Shown: positions 36,787-48,013, numbered from the stretch's first letter. The stretch: 64,000 nucleotides of DNA from Cenarchaeum sp. (GCA_963692915.1 OY843584.1:1120001-1184000); one strand, 5' to 3'. Program-made: numbers and translations. Notes: a model not told the origin generated them from the letters alone.

Positions 36787-37527
36787 TTAGCGTTCCTTAA
36801 TGAATCGATTGAGTGCGTTACGCCATTTAGCGAAATCATACCATCCACAGCCATGACACCCACGTTCATCAAATTTTGAGAATGAGCCCCAGTTTTCATC
36901 ACCTTTGTAAAAGAACGATATGCCAAATGGCGTACCACGCTTATTGGTCCTAACACATCGTTCACAGGCTCGACTTTTGAGCAGATTAACACTCATGCTG
37001 CTATGAATACCTTTGAACAGTTGAAACCTTTGTTTAATTTGCGCATTAGTCATATCACTCTTATCAATATCTCCATATCCCGGAGGCCATCTTATCATGG
37101 GAAGTTTATGATCAATGGTAAAATCTTTGGGATGTTTTTTCGTTTGATCTATCACATCTCTATATTTACAGCATTTTAAAATTTGTTTTTGTAGCTTTGG
37201 TGATAGACTGCTAGAAGGGTGCTGTAGGACAAATTCTCCAGTCCACCTGTCATGAAAAAATAATTGAGCGCATTTTTTGCAATGACGACGTTCATACTGA
37301 AGTTGCAATCCAGGACGACTGCGCGTACCTTTTTTTAGACCCATAATGCCGCCACTTCCAGCAATCTGACTGCTTCCAATAGAACGATAGGCGTGGTTTC
37401 GACAGTGCCATTTTTTATCACGAAGTATCAGGTATGTTGACTGCAGTTTACTACGTTTCTGAAAAGAGCGCTCATACTCTGATATGCTGACGTCCATCGA
37501 TGAATCCAATAACAAAGCTGGACACAT
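36787..37527 (-). CDS. Type II restriction endonuclease, HNH/zinc type
   Basis: Convergent with the MTase; WHCR, CxxC pairs, IDHKLP..RW, NLLKSR.CERC; start may be 37497. Confidence 0.75.
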   Translation of the reverse strand: MCPALLLDSSMDVSISEYERSFQKRSKLQSTYLILRDKKWHCRNHAYRSIGSSQIAGSGGIMGLKKGTRSRPGLQLQYERRHCKKCAQLFFHDRWTGEFVLQHPSSSLSPKLQKQILKCCKYRDVIDQTKKHPKDFTIDHKLPMIRWPPGYGDIDKSDMTNAQIKQRFQLFKGIHSSMSVNLLKSRACERCVRTNKRGTPFGISFFYKGDENWGSFSKFDERGCHGCGWYDFAKWRNALNRFIKER

Positions 37528-37818
37528 ATGACCTATTTAAAATAGAGGCCAGTAAAAGACACAGCAGGCGGCAGGATCAGGAAGCAGAGATGTGTCACAG
37601 GGCTCAAGGGGCAAAAGTGATCACTCGTGCCGTAATCAAGAGTGGGCACCAAGCCAGTGCATAGCAAAGACCAAAAGATCGCCCGAATCAACGATTTATT
37701 ACCGTTTCCTCATGAATTCACATGTGCGCGATAGACCCAGTGGGGTCAATACGGCCACGGTGTATGCTCCTGCATGACCAGCATACCTAAATCCATGCCA
37801 TCGTGGGACGGCGGCAGA

Positions 37819-38682
37819 ATGAAGGTCGCCGTCTTTGCAAGCTGCACCGAGGATGAGATCACAGTAGACGGGAGGACGAGCGTGACGCAGGGCGGACCAG
37901 GCACATATTGCAGCATCATGGCGCGCCGGATGCGCGCAGACGTCGAGCTCCACACAAGAATGCCGCCTAGCGCTAGCGCTCGCGGCGTCCTCGAGGAAGA
38001 GGGCATATCGATACACGGCACGCCGGCGTCAAGCATCATGCGCTTTGCGCTTGACGTCCATGGGCGCGAGCGCACGGTTCGCCTCCTTGATGCCGGAGAG
38101 CTCATCGAGTACGCCGGAGGACTGGGAGTCGACGGGGCGATCATAACTCCGGCGTGCGGTGAGATGTCACAAGAGACGTTTGGCGCGATAAAGGCCGACG
38201 CGCCGTTTGTGTTCTTGGATCCGCAAGGGTTCCTCAGGAGAGCCGGCGCAGACGGCGTTATCACGCTGGCGCGCACCGAGATGGACCTGCAGGGCGTCTC
38301 GGCGATAAAGGTAGACGACGACGAGCTGGCCGCGCTCACGGGAGGCAAAAGTGTCGGCGCACTAGCCGACGCCGGAGTCGAGCACGTCCTTCACACGTCC
38401 GGGCCGGACATATTGATGGTGTCAGGAGGCCGCGAGTACCGCCTTAGGCTGCCAAACCGCAGCGTCGCAGACACGACCGGAGTCGGCGACATGTTCTCGG
38501 CGTCCTTTTGCGTCACGATGCTCAAGGAGCGCGACGCGCTGTGGGCGTTCTGCTTTGCGTGCGGGGCCGCGCACGCCGCACTAGACACGGGCGCAACAGG
38601 CACCAAAAAGATCCCCTCGCGGCGCTCAGTCGAGACTAGCGCGGCGTACTTTTACAACACTGTCGAGTTTTCAAGCGCATAG
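37819..38682 (+). CDS. PfkB-family carbohydrate kinase
   Basis: GGPG.Y, DPQGFLR, DTTGVGD. Confidence 0.9.
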   Translation: MKVAVFASCTEDEITVDGRTSVTQGGPGTYCSIMARRMRADVELHTRMPPSASARGVLEEEGISIHGTPASSIMRFALDVHGRERTVRLLDAGELIEYAGGLGVDGAIITPACGEMSQETFGAIKADAPFVFLDPQGFLRRAGADGVITLARTEMDLQGVSAIKVDDDELAALTGGKSVGALADAGVEHVLHTSGPDILMVSGGREYRLRLPNRSVADTTGVGDMFSASFCVTMLKERDALWAFCFACGAAHAALDTGATGTKKIPSRRSVETSAAYFYNTVEFSSA

Positions 38683-38703
38683 GTAGTGCGCGCATCGCGG
38701 CGA

Positions 38704-39225
38704 TCACGGAGCCTTTTCTCCGGCATTCCCATGCCGCCTTGCCATGAGGAGGCCGCGCGAGCGCATCGCCTTGCGAAAGAGCACAAACCCAAGGGCCGTC
38801 GTTATCGCGCCAAAGAGTATGTTGGGGAGGCTCGACTCGCCTGCAGACGTGGCCATGAGCGTGAACACTAGTCCCATGAGCATCATGAGCACGCCGAGGC
38901 CGGCGAACGTGACGAGGACTAGGGGCAGCTGCTTAGGAGCCTCGCCGAGTGACTTGTCAGGTATCACGCCCTTCTTTACTGCGTCATGGCACACGTCGCA
39001 ATAGTGGCCCTGCTTTTTGTCGCGCCATGCCGACTTTAGGTAATAGAACTCTAGTTCGCACAGGTCGCATGTCTTTTTTGGCAGCGTGATGCGCGCGTTC
39101 TTGTCAAAGTCATCCCCCAGGTGCAGCATGCACTCCTTGCAATAGTAGCCCGGAACGCGCCACATGCGGTGAAACCTGTATTTTTTGAAGCCGAGCGTGC
39201 GCCCGCAGCCGGCGCATGCGGTCAT
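38704..39225 (-). CDS. Zinc-finger membrane protein
   Basis: Four CxxC motifs followed by two TM helices; overlaps the transporter stop by 4 nt. Confidence 0.8.
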   Translation of the reverse strand: MTACAGCGRTLGFKKYRFHRMWRVPGYYCKECMLHLGDDFDKNARITLPKKTCDLCELEFYYLKSAWRDKKQGHYCDVCHDAVKKGVIPDKSLGEAPKQLPLVLVTFAGLGVLMMLMGLVFTLMATSAGESSLPNILFGAITTALGFVLFRKAMRSRGLLMARRHGNAGEKAP

Positions 39226-41219
39226 GCCGATTCTGTGTCAGCGGCAGGCTTGCGTCGGCGCGCGACGCTCGCGATTCCATGCCGCGCCTCGATGAGCGGC
39301 AGGCCGATGATAAAGAACGATGCGATTGACACCCATGCGACAGCAATGCCGACCCACAGGTGGTAGAACGCAATGTCAAAGACATATCCCGAAAAGAATA
39401 GCGGGAGTGGCCATCCGACGATTAGGACGAGCGTCATTATGCCGCCGCCCTTTAGGCTAAACTTGAACGCACGGTTTAGCGAGGCCTCGTCTTGCGCGAG
39501 GGACTTCTCGTGTGCGTCGATCTCTTCTTTTGACATGTCGACGAGCTTTATCTTTTCGCGTATCGATGACCACTCAAAGTCCGTCTTGCGCACGAGGCTC
39601 CCGATTATGGCTATTGCGCCTCCGGTGAGTATGCCCGCAATGTTGCCAAACAGCATCGAATAGTTGTGGCCCAGGCTGTCAAGGGAGACCACACCGCCAT
39701 AGTCTGGCAGCGACGAGGCCACGCCCACCCATGTCGTGAGCGCCACGGCAAGGCCCGCTATGGCGCCGGCCGTGGCGGCGTACTTGTTTGTGCGCTTCCA
39801 GGTTATCGTCAGGGCTATCGGTATGACCGCCGAGCCGATCAGGACGCCCATCGCAAGGTAGACGAAACCCAGGCTCAGGCCCATCCCGAGGAGAATGACG
39901 GCCAAGCCGCCCATCCCGATGCCAAATCCGACTATGGCCGCCCGCGAGACGCGCAATAGCTGCTTGCCTGTCGCGTTGGGGTTCTTGTACGTGCGGTACA
40001 CGTCATACGTGATGAGCGACGAGACGGCGATCAGCTCGGCCGAGCCGGCTGACGTGACTGCCATAAAGAGCATCGTGAGAACCATGATCGCGCCGACCTC
40101 GCCCATGAGCACAGAGGCTGCCGCCGGCACCGTGAGGCCGAGCTGGACCTGCTCGGGCGTGAGGTCGACACCAAGCGCGACGGCAGTGAGCCCCATCGTT
40201 GTTGCGAGCGTAAACGGTATTGCAAACCAGCACAGGCCGCCGAGGAGGAACCCCTTGACAGTCGAGCGCGGCTGCGCGGCGATCGCGCGCTGCCAGTAGG
40301 CCTGGTCCACAAAGACTGTCCCAAAGTTTCCGACAATGTTGATTATTCCGAATATGAGGCCGCCGACTGAGGCCATCGTGAGGTACATGCCTGCGGCGTT
40401 GCCCTCGACGGGGCGAAGCTGTGCGGCCTCGACTAGCTTGTCGTACATTCCCTCTATGCCGCCAGTGATTGGGCTCACAAAGTACACCGTGCCGACAAAT
40501 ATGAGTATGACGATAAATATGATAATCGTGTGCATATAGTCGGCGATAAACGTGGCCTTTAGCCCACCGACGAGCGTGTAGATCATCACGCCAATAGGAA
40601 TTAAAAATGCCGCAAGCGATATGTTCATGCCGGTAAGACCATTGACGACTGCGGCACCGCCGAGAAGGAGCATTGCAGTGACTATCATGTTGGTCATTAG
40701 CGCAAACACGAGAAAGACCCTGTGCGCGCCATCACCAAAGCGTGCGCGTATGATCTCGAGGAACGTGTGCGCGTTGGGAGCCTTGCGCTTTAGCTCTATT
40801 GCAAGGATTCCAAAGAGGAGAACCTGGATTGATGCGCCGGCCGCATACCAGAACGGGCCGCTAACGCCATACTGGTACGCAACAGTTGATGACTGGAGAA
40901 GCGTCGCTGCCCATGTCCACGCCGACACGATTGCTGCGGCCGTGAGGCCAGTCTTTATGACGCGGCCTGCCGTGTTGAACCACTCTGACGTCTGCTTTAC
41001 GCCGAGGTACTTTTCCTCGACCTTTATCTCCAGCGATATGACAACTGCAAAGACCGCACCGAGTCCAACTACGATAAACCAGCCGACTGACTCGTCGAGA
41101 ACCTCGCCGATCTTGAACTCGCCCTCAATGACGCCGGCTCCATAGGCTTCGCCGACACCTAGGGCGGCAGCTGCAAGGGCGGCAATAGAGATTGCTGCAA
41201 GGGGGACCAGTCTTTGCAC
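39222..41219 (-). CDS. dur3: Urea active transporter (DUR3-type sodium:solute symporter)
   Basis: VSAWTWAATLLQSS, NFGTVFVDQAYWQRAIAA; adjacent to urease; GTG start with TTTATA upstream. Confidence 0.92.
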   Translation of the reverse strand: MQRLVPLAAISIAALAAAALGVGEAYGAGVIEGEFKIGEVLDESVGWFIVVGLGAVFAVVISLEIKVEEKYLGVKQTSEWFNTAGRVIKTGLTAAAIVSAWTWAATLLQSSTVAYQYGVSGPFWYAAGASIQVLLFGILAIELKRKAPNAHTFLEIIRARFGDGAHRVFLVFALMTNMIVTAMLLLGGAAVVNGLTGMNISLAAFLIPIGVMIYTLVGGLKATFIADYMHTIIIFIVILIFVGTVYFVSPITGGIEGMYDKLVEAAQLRPVEGNAAGMYLTMASVGGLIFGIINIVGNFGTVFVDQAYWQRAIAAQPRSTVKGFLLGGLCWFAIPFTLATTMGLTAVALGVDLTPEQVQLGLTVPAAASVLMGEVGAIMVLTMLFMAVTSAGSAELIAVSSLITYDVYRTYKNPNATGKQLLRVSRAAIVGFGIGMGGLAVILLGMGLSLGFVYLAMGVLIGSAVIPIALTITWKRTNKYAATAGAIAGLAVALTTWVGVASSLPDYGGVVSLDSLGHNYSMLFGNIAGILTGGAIAIIGSLVRKTDFEWSSIREKIKLVDMSKEEIDAHEKSLAQDEASLNRAFKFSLKGGGIMTLVLIVGWPLPLFFSGYVFDIAFYHLWVGIAVAWVSIASFFIIGLPLIEARHGIASVARRRKPAADTESA

Positions 41220-41304
41220 TGATTTAATTACGGCATGCTTGGCTATAAACATTATAGATAGAATTATAAGGTCAATTGGACATAATAGGCGCGCCAGACA
41301 CGCC

Positions 41305-43014
41305 CTAGAAGAGGCTGTAGAGTCGACCGAGCGGCACGGTTCGCGCAGGCTCGGCGCTGGCGATCCGGCCATCAACGCGCACTTTGTACGTCTCGGCGTT
41401 GACCTCGATCTTTGGCGTCAGCGAGTTGTGAACCATGTCGGCCTTGCCTATCTTGCGGCAGTTGGAGACTGGAACCATTCTCTTTTTCGTGCCAAGCCTT
41501 GACTGGAGGCCAGACTCGTGGGCCGCAGCGGACACAAAGGCTAGCGACGTGGAGCTTCTCGCGCCGCCGAGCGCGCCGAACATCGGACGGTACCTCACCG
41601 GCTCGGTGTTGGGTATAGACGCGTTGGGATCCCCCATGAGCGAATATGCGATGAGGCCACCCTTTATGACGAGCTTTGGCCTGATGCCAAAGAACTGTGG
41701 TGACCACAGGACAATGTCAGCAAGCTTGCCGCGCTCTAGTGATCCTACGTATGAGGATATGCCATGCGCAATTGCTGGATTGATCGTTATCTTTGCGAGA
41801 TAGCGCATTATGCGCGCATTGTCAGCGTTGCCATCACCTGCGAGCGGACCGGTCGCGTCCTTCATCTTGGATGCAGTCTGCCAGTTTCGCACCGTCACCT
41901 CGCCGACTCGACCCATGGCCTGGCTGTCTGAGGACATCATGCTTATTGCACCAATGTCATGGAGGACATCTTCGGCTGCAATCGTCTCTCCACGTATGCG
42001 CGACTCGGCAAACGCGACATCTTCCACCACTGACGGGTTGAGGTGGTGGCAGACCATCATCATGTCAAGGTGTTCGGCAAGCGTGTTTACGGTAAACGGT
42101 CGCGTTGGGTTTGTCGATGACGGCAAGACATTGGGCTCGCCGGCGATCTTGATAATGTCAGGCGCATGTCCCCCGCCGGCGCCTTCTGTGTGGTACGTGT
42201 GTATGGTGCGGCCTGCAATGGCGGCTATTGTGTCATCGACATAGCCGCACTCGTTGAGCGTGTCCGTGTGGATCGCGACCTGCACGTCTGCCTTGTCCGC
42301 AACGCGCAGTGCCGCATCAATAGTTGCCGGAGTCGTGCCCCAGTCCTCATGGAGCTTTAGGCCGCACGCGCCGGCCCGCACCTGTGCCATGAGGGTCTCT
42401 TCGCGCGAGTCGTTGCCCTTTGCGAGAAACCCGACATTCACGGGGAGCGCATCGGCGGCCTCTAGCATCCTGTGTATGTTCCACTCGCCCGGCGTGCACG
42501 TTGTGGCGCACGTCCCGTCAGCCGGCCCTGTCCCTCCGCCGATCATAGTAGTCGTGCCGGCGCATATTGCGTGCGTGGCCTGCTGCGGCGAGACAAAGTG
42601 GATGTGGCTGTCTATTGTGCCCGGCGTGCAGATCGCGTGCTCGCCGGCGATGACCTCCGTGCTAGAGGAGACGACCATGTCAACTGCGTCCATTGTTCCC
42701 GGATTGCCCGCGTTTCCGACGCCGGCGATCAGGCCGTCCTTTATCCCAATGTCGGCCTTTATGATCCCAAGGACGGGATCCATCACGATCGCGTTAGTTA
42801 TGACGAGGTCAAGGGAACCCTCGCGAGGCGTACCGCTAGCCTGACCCATGCCATCGCGCGCGCTCTTGCCACCGCCAAAGACAATCTCGTCACCGTGGCG
42901 CAGCAGATCGCGCTCGACGCTTGCGATGAGCGACGTGTCAGCAAGCCTTATTCTGTCGCCAGCCGTAGGCCCGTAGAGGTCAACGTACCTGTTGCGCGCA
43001 ATCTCAAGCGTCAT
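41305..43014 (-). CDS. ureC: Urease subunit alpha
   Basis: [32 protein letters not shown]. Confidence 0.98.
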   Translation of the reverse strand: MTLEIARNRYVDLYGPTAGDRIRLADTSLIASVERDLLRHGDEIVFGGGKSARDGMGQASGTPREGSLDLVITNAIVMDPVLGIIKADIGIKDGLIAGVGNAGNPGTMDAVDMVVSSSTEVIAGEHAICTPGTIDSHIHFVSPQQATHAICAGTTTMIGGGTGPADGTCATTCTPGEWNIHRMLEAADALPVNVGFLAKGNDSREETLMAQVRAGACGLKLHEDWGTTPATIDAALRVADKADVQVAIHTDTLNECGYVDDTIAAIAGRTIHTYHTEGAGGGHAPDIIKIAGEPNVLPSSTNPTRPFTVNTLAEHLDMMMVCHHLNPSVVEDVAFAESRIRGETIAAEDVLHDIGAISMMSSDSQAMGRVGEVTVRNWQTASKMKDATGPLAGDGNADNARIMRYLAKITINPAIAHGISSYVGSLERGKLADIVLWSPQFFGIRPKLVIKGGLIAYSLMGDPNASIPNTEPVRYRPMFGALGGARSSTSLAFVSAAAHESGLQSRLGTKKRMVPVSNCRKIGKADMVHNSLTPKIEVNAETYKVRVDGRIASAEPARTVPLGRLYSLF

Positions 43015-43378
43015 GTGTCATGCCCCCAAATCCTGACGCACAGGCGCGCCGCATCGCATCCTCGCGCCGCTCCTCAAGGTCGCCGTTGACGAGTCCAGAG
43101 AACCCCCAGACGGTGCGCGTGCCGCCATACTCGACGAGCTCTACGTCTATCGTCTCGCCAGGCTCAAATCGGATCGACGTGCCGGCCGGTATGTTTAGGT
43201 GCATGCCATATGCGTCAGGACGCGCAAACACTAGTGCCCTGTTTGCCTCAAAAAAGTGCGCGTGCGAGCCGACCTGTATCGGGCGATCACCAGAGTTTGT
43301 GACGGCCATGCGCGTCGTTCTCCTTGACTCGTTGGCGAGTATTGGCTCATCAGATATAATGTACTCTCCCGGTATCAT
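43004..43378 (-). CDS. ureB: Urease subunit beta
   Basis: [19 protein letters not shown]. Confidence 0.98.
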   Translation of the reverse strand: MIPGEYIISDEPILANESRRTTRMAVTNSGDRPIQVGSHAHFFEANRALVFARPDAYGMHLNIPAGTSIRFEPGETIDVELVEYGGTRTVWGFSGLVNGDLEERREDAMRRACASGFGGMTHDA

Positions 43379-43385
43379 ACGCGCA

Positions 43386-43688
43386 TCACACCACCGGATC
43401 GTGGACGCTCACGAGCTTTGTGCCGTCCTCAAACGTGGCCTCCACGTGGACTGATCGTATAAGCTCGGGCACTCCCGGAAGGACGTCATCACGCGAGAGA
43501 ACGTGTCGGGCCGAGCTCACCAGCTCTGGAACGCTCCGGCCATCACGCGCGCCCTCGAGTATGTGATCAGATATCAGCGCGACGGCCTCGGGATGGTTGA
43601 GGCGCAGTCCGCGCGCCTTGCGGCGCATGGCAAGCTGTGCTGCCATGAACACATGGAGCTTGTCCTCGTCTCTCGGCGTGAGCATCAT
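43386..43688 (-). CDS. ureA: Urease subunit gamma
   Basis: LTPR..DKL, LNHPEA, EATF.DGTKLV.VH.P. Confidence 0.98.
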   Translation of the reverse strand: MMLTPRDEDKLHVFMAAQLAMRRKARGLRLNHPEAVALISDHILEGARDGRSVPELVSSARHVLSRDDVLPGVPELIRSVHVEATFEDGTKLVSVHDPVV

Positions 43689-43747
43689 GGGCCGCTCGTG
43701 GGCGCCAATCTATTTTAATAGTTCGCGCCATGCGTGGGCGTGTCACG

Positions 43748-44215
43748 ATGGTCGGGGAGTGGACGATAGAGCGCAACGCTGGAGCCGATCCCCACGACGG
43801 TGACGGCAGTCTAGAGAGGCTGGCTCTCACGCGAACCGAGCTTGCGCGCTCGCGCGTGAGGAGGACAGCAGCGCGCGGGACAGACGTGGCCATATCCCTT
43901 GGAGCCGGCGTCCACCTCCACCGCGGCGACGTTCTTGCGTGTGGCGGCTTGCGCGTCCTCGTCGAACAGTCCCCCGAGAGCGTCATTGCAGCAAAGATTC
44001 CGGCAGGCGCCGGCGCGGGTGTCCTCATGGGCCACATTATAGGCAACATGCACCGGCCGATATCTATAGACGGCTCGACTGTGCGCTTTCCAATACAGGC
44101 CGACTCGGAGCTCGAGACGTTTGGGCGCCTCCTCGGCGCAGTCGACGGCGTGGAGATGACAGTCGAGGAGGCCGTCTTTGAGCCGCACGCGGGGGCAGAC
44201 ACGCATGGGCACTGA
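43748..44215 (+). CDS. ureE: Urease accessory protein UreE
   Basis: GH.IGN.H.P and C-terminal His residues. Confidence 0.9.
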   Translation: MVGEWTIERNAGADPHDGDGSLERLALTRTELARSRVRRTAARGTDVAISLGAGVHLHRGDVLACGGLRVLVEQSPESVIAAKIPAGAGAGVLMGHIIGNMHRPISIDGSTVRFPIQADSELETFGRLLGAVDGVEMTVEEAVFEPHAGADTHGH

Positions 44216-44903
44216 GGCGCACATTGAGGACCTGGCCCTCCTCCAGGTATCTGACTCGTTCTTTCCGGCAGGCCTCTATGCGACATCAAGCGGGCTTGAG
44301 ACGCTAGTTGCGCGCGGCGATGTCTCCGGGCGCGAGGCCCTAGAGGAGATCGTGCGGCTGCAGATCTCCCAGCAGGTCGGCCCGTCAGACTGTGTGGCCG
44401 CAATAGAGGCGCACCGCCTCGCCGGAGCCGGCGGGGCCGAGGCCGTGCGCGAGACTGACATGATGGCCATGGCCCTAAAGCCGGTCAGGGAGGCCAGGGA
44501 GGCGTCTGCAAGATCCGGCGCTCAGACCCTGCGTGCCGCACGCGAGATGAGCGATGCCGCCGTGCTCGGGCGCTACGCGGAGATGGTCCGCCTAGCCGAG
44601 ACGCCGGGGTCATATCCTGTTGCCCTCGGCGTGTCATGCCTTGCGCTAGGAATAGGCGCGCCGAGGGCTGCGCTCTCGCTCCTCTACGGGTTCTCTGTGA
44701 GCGTCATCGGCGCAGCACTACGGCTTGGGATCATAGACCACCTCGAGGGTCAGCGCACGCTCGGGGCGCTGCGGCCAGACATTGCGCGTGCCGTGGAGCG
44801 CGCGAGTGCGATGCGGACCGTGGACATGTGGCAGTTCACGCCACACCTTGACATATGCCAGATGGATCACGAGAGGGTCGATACGAGGATGTTTGCGACA
44901 TGA
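44205..44903 (+). CDS. ureF: Urease accessory protein UreF
   Basis: SDSFFP.G....S.GLE; H......RMF.T. Confidence 0.93.
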   Translation: MGTEAHIEDLALLQVSDSFFPAGLYATSSGLETLVARGDVSGREALEEIVRLQISQQVGPSDCVAAIEAHRLAGAGGAEAVRETDMMAMALKPVREAREASARSGAQTLRAAREMSDAAVLGRYAEMVRLAETPGSYPVALGVSCLALGIGAPRAALSLLYGFSVSVIGAALRLGIIDHLEGQRTLGALRPDIARAVERASAMRTVDMWQFTPHLDICQMDHERVDTRMFAT

Positions 44904-45550
44904 GTGAGACTCGCAGGATTGCGCGCGTCGGGATTGGCGGGCCGGTCGGCTCGGGCAAGAGCATGCTAATCGAGCGCGTCGTTCCCATCCTAGCGCGCAG
45001 GGGATACAGCGTGAGCATCATATCAAATGACGTCATATCAAAGGAGGATGCCGACCGCATGCGCGAAAACCTCGCCACGAGGCGCGGCCTCCTGCCCGAG
45101 AACCTCGTCATTGGGCTCGCCACGGGCGGCTGCCCTCACACTGCAGTGCGCGAGGACCCCTCGATGAACCTTGCTGTCATCGAGGATCTCGAGCGCGACC
45201 ATCCTGGCCTTGACCTGATAATAATAGAGAGTGGTGGTGACAACATAACGACGACGTTCAGCCCGATACTTGCGGACTATTTCATATACATTATCGACGT
45301 TGCCGGCGGCGACAAGTATCCCAGAAAGGGCGGACTTGGCATAGAGACGTGCGACCTGCTCGTGATCAACAAGGTTGACCTTGCAGCCGGGGTCCACGCC
45401 GATCTTGACGTCATGCGCGCAGACGCGAAAAGGACGAGGGGTACAAGGCCGTTTATATTCACAAACTGCATGACTGATGAGGGCATAGCCGACGTGGCCG
45501 GCAGGATAGTGTCTGATGTCCTCTTTGATGCGCCGCCGGGGGCGCAGTAG
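44900..45550 (+). CDS. ureG: Urease accessory GTPase UreG
   Basis: GGPVGSGKS, GGCPH, ESGGDN, NK.D. Confidence 0.97.
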   Translation: MSETRRIARVGIGGPVGSGKSMLIERVVPILARRGYSVSIISNDVISKEDADRMRENLATRRGLLPENLVIGLATGGCPHTAVREDPSMNLAVIEDLERDHPGLDLIIIESGGDNITTTFSPILADYFIYIIDVAGGDKYPRKGGLGIETCDLLVINKVDLAAGVHADLDVMRADAKRTRGTRPFIFTNCMTDEGIADVAGRIVSDVLFDAPPGAQ

Positions 45551-45551
45551 C

Positions 45552-46385
45552 GTGGGGCACACCGCATCATGCGCGGGCCTCCTCGCCGTCTCCCTTGAGC
45601 GCCGGCATGGGGGTCGAACCGTTATTGCGTCACAGGAGAGCCGCGCGCCGCTCCTCTCGCAGCGTGCAATGTATGCTGATGCGCAGTTTGGCGGACTCGC
45701 AAGCGTGTGCATGATGTCATCATCAGGCGGCATCGTGCAGGGCGATGCGCACACGACGCGCATAGCGCTAGGGGTCGGCGCGCAGGCCCGCATCACGGCC
45801 CAGGGGGCAACTCGCGTCTATGGCATGGACTCGGGCAGCGCGACGCACAACGTGGACGTGAGCGTCGGCGAGGGCGCATACCTCGAGATGCTGCCCGGTC
45901 AGCTCATCCCGTATGCGCACTCACGCTATGCGCAGTCCACCGAGTGCGTAATCGACGACTCGGCGACTGTCATCTGCTCGGAGATAGTCACGCCGGGGCG
46001 CGTTGCCATGGGCGAGTCGTTCATGTATGACGCGTGCCACCTGTCCATGGCAGTGCGCAGCCAGGACGGTCGCCTTCGCCTTGCTGATGCAGCACGCCTC
46101 GAACCACGCGAGGGCGACATTGCCATAACCGGCGCGCTAGGCGGCAAGACTGTGGCCGGCAGCGCATACATACTCGCAGCCAAGCCGCTCGCCTCGGAGA
46201 TGTGTGAGTCCATAGCCGGCATGCGCGTCACCGAGGGCGTCTCGTGCGCCGCGAGTCCCATCCATGGTGGCGACGGCCTCACCGTGCGCATGCTCGCAGA
46301 CCGGCCCGAGGACATCGTGCGCACGATACGCGGCATTGCATCCACGCTTCGCCACCTTGCGCTCTGCGAGCCGCCTACCCCATGA
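45552..46385 (+). CDS. ureD: Urease accessory protein UreD
   Basis: SGGIVQGD, Q.ATR.Y, PGR.AMGE.F. Confidence 0.92.
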   Translation: MGHTASCAGLLAVSLERRHGGRTVIASQESRAPLLSQRAMYADAQFGGLASVCMMSSSGGIVQGDAHTTRIALGVGAQARITAQGATRVYGMDSGSATHNVDVSVGEGAYLEMLPGQLIPYAHSRYAQSTECVIDDSATVICSEIVTPGRVAMGESFMYDACHLSMAVRSQDGRLRLADAARLEPREGDIAITGALGGKTVAGSAYILAAKPLASEMCESIAGMRVTEGVSCAASPIHGGDGLTVRMLADRPEDIVRTIRGIASTLRHLALCEPPTP

Positions 46386-46746
46386 CGATGCGGTCACCAG
46401 AGACTGACATGACAGAGCCTCCGGCATCCCGCACTGCCCGCTTTAGCGCCCTGTCCATCGTCGCGACGATCCCGCCGTTGCGGCGCACGTGCCCGACTAT
46501 TGCCGCATCGGCATATTGACCCCCTCCAAGGTCGACTGTCCTGCGCGAGTCCATTGCCTCAAGGGCGCGTGCTGCGCCATGGCTCGAGTCGCGCAGCCTG
46601 CGCAGCTCGGCGACTACGGCGTCGGGGACGACAAATGAGACATCGCCGATCTCCTCGGTGAGTGAGTCGATGTTGAGTATGCGCACGCTGTGGATGTGAA
46701 CAAGAAAGCTCGTGTCACAGAGAACGTCAGCCAACCGTGCCAGCAC
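46375..46746 (-). CDS. PIN-domain protein (Fcf1/Utp24-like)
   Basis: DTSFL, V..EL, AD.AI, VAT.D..LK; conserved position after aIF2-gamma. Confidence 0.88.
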   Translation of the reverse strand: MLARLADVLCDTSFLVHIHSVRILNIDSLTEEIGDVSFVVPDAVVAELRRLRDSSHGAARALEAMDSRRTVDLGGGQYADAAIVGHVRRNGGIVATMDRALKRAVRDAGGSVMSVSGDRIVMG

Positions 46747-48010
46747 CTATGAGGCGCCACCTGTCGGCCATCTTGCGGCTGATCGCGACACTGCGACCCC
46801 CAAGAAGGCAGACGCTCCGGCGAAATTCCACTGTTACGCGGTTGCCCTTGGCCGACTTTACCTGGCACAGGGCCGGCGCGGTTCCGACGCTCAGGCGCAG
46901 CATCTCGCCTGCCTTTATCGGGGAGATCTTTGTGTCAGTCTCGCCGACTGCCACATCAAAGAGGCTGACCTCCATTGTGGCCCCCGAGACGTTCTCCGGA
47001 AGCGAGCCGGGCACGCCGATGACCGAGCCGGTCAGGCTGTCACCGGCCGTCATTGCCGGATCGAGCCTAGTGCCTATTGCCACGAGGCCTCCGGGCCTAA
47101 CCTCCTCGACACGCCCCGCACCGGTTCCAAGCGAGACTATTGTAGTCGTGAGCGGGTCATGGCGTCCCTTGCGCTCGTCTAGCACACCGGGCCGAATCTC
47201 GATCTCGTCACCGACGCGCAGCGAGCCCTGCGTGAGGCTGCCGCCGATGACGCCTCCGGAGATTCCGCCAATGTCAGTGCCCGGCCTATTGACGTCAAAT
47301 GAGCGCAGGACGTGCATTATGGATTGCTCAGAGGGGTCGCGCTCCGGGGTCGGGATCGTCTCGTCGATCGAGGTGATGAGCGCATTAGTGTTGAGCGAGG
47401 ACTGGGCAGAGACGGGAAGTATCGGCGCAGACTCCCTCCCGCTGCCCTTGAGGAACGCGGCTATGGCGTCATGGTTCTCGATGGCCTGCTCGTACGTGAG
47501 GAGGTCGACCTTGTTCTGAACCACGACGATCTGCTTTATGCCGAGTATGTCAAGGGCTAGGAGGTGCTCCTCGGTCTGGAGCTGCGGAACCTTTTGGTTG
47601 GCCGCAACTACGAGGAGCGACCCGTCCATGAGGGCTGCGCCTGAGAGCATGTTTGCCATGAGGCTCTCGTGGCCGGGGCTGTCGACAAAGCTCACGACGC
47701 GCGAGAGCTCGGACTCTGAGCCGCACTCGGGGCATTTTGGCGACGTCGAATGCCCAAGCGGCGGCTCGCACGATGCGCACTTGTAGAATGCCGCATCCGT
47801 ATAGCCGACGCGTATCGTGATCCCGCGACGCAGCTCCTGGCTGTGAACGCTCGTCCAGCGGCCTGTGAGCGACTGGATTAGCGTGGTCTTGCCGTGGTCG
47901 ACGTGACCTGCGGTGCCAATGTTGACGCATGGCTGCCTTCCGTGTTTTTTGACGTACCAGTCAGGCAACGTGTCGTTCCAGCTCAACGAGGCCGGATCGC
48001 GTGCGTTCAT
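46727..48010 (-). CDS. eif2g: Translation initiation factor 2 gamma subunit
   Basis: GHVDHGKTT, RGITI, DSPGH, NKVD, WRLIG.G. Confidence 0.97.
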   Translation of the reverse strand: MNARDPASLSWNDTLPDWYVKKHGRQPCVNIGTAGHVDHGKTTLIQSLTGRWTSVHSQELRRGITIRVGYTDAAFYKCASCEPPLGHSTSPKCPECGSESELSRVVSFVDSPGHESLMANMLSGAALMDGSLLVVAANQKVPQLQTEEHLLALDILGIKQIVVVQNKVDLLTYEQAIENHDAIAAFLKGSGRESAPILPVSAQSSLNTNALITSIDETIPTPERDPSEQSIMHVLRSFDVNRPGTDIGGISGGVIGGSLTQGSLRVGDEIEIRPGVLDERKGRHDPLTTTIVSLGTGAGRVEEVRPGGLVAIGTRLDPAMTAGDSLTGSVIGVPGSLPENVSGATMEVSLFDVAVGETDTKISPIKAGEMLRLSVGTAPALCQVKSAKGNRVTVEFRRSVCLLGGRSVAISRKMADRWRLIGAGTVG

Positions 48011-48013
48011 ATG

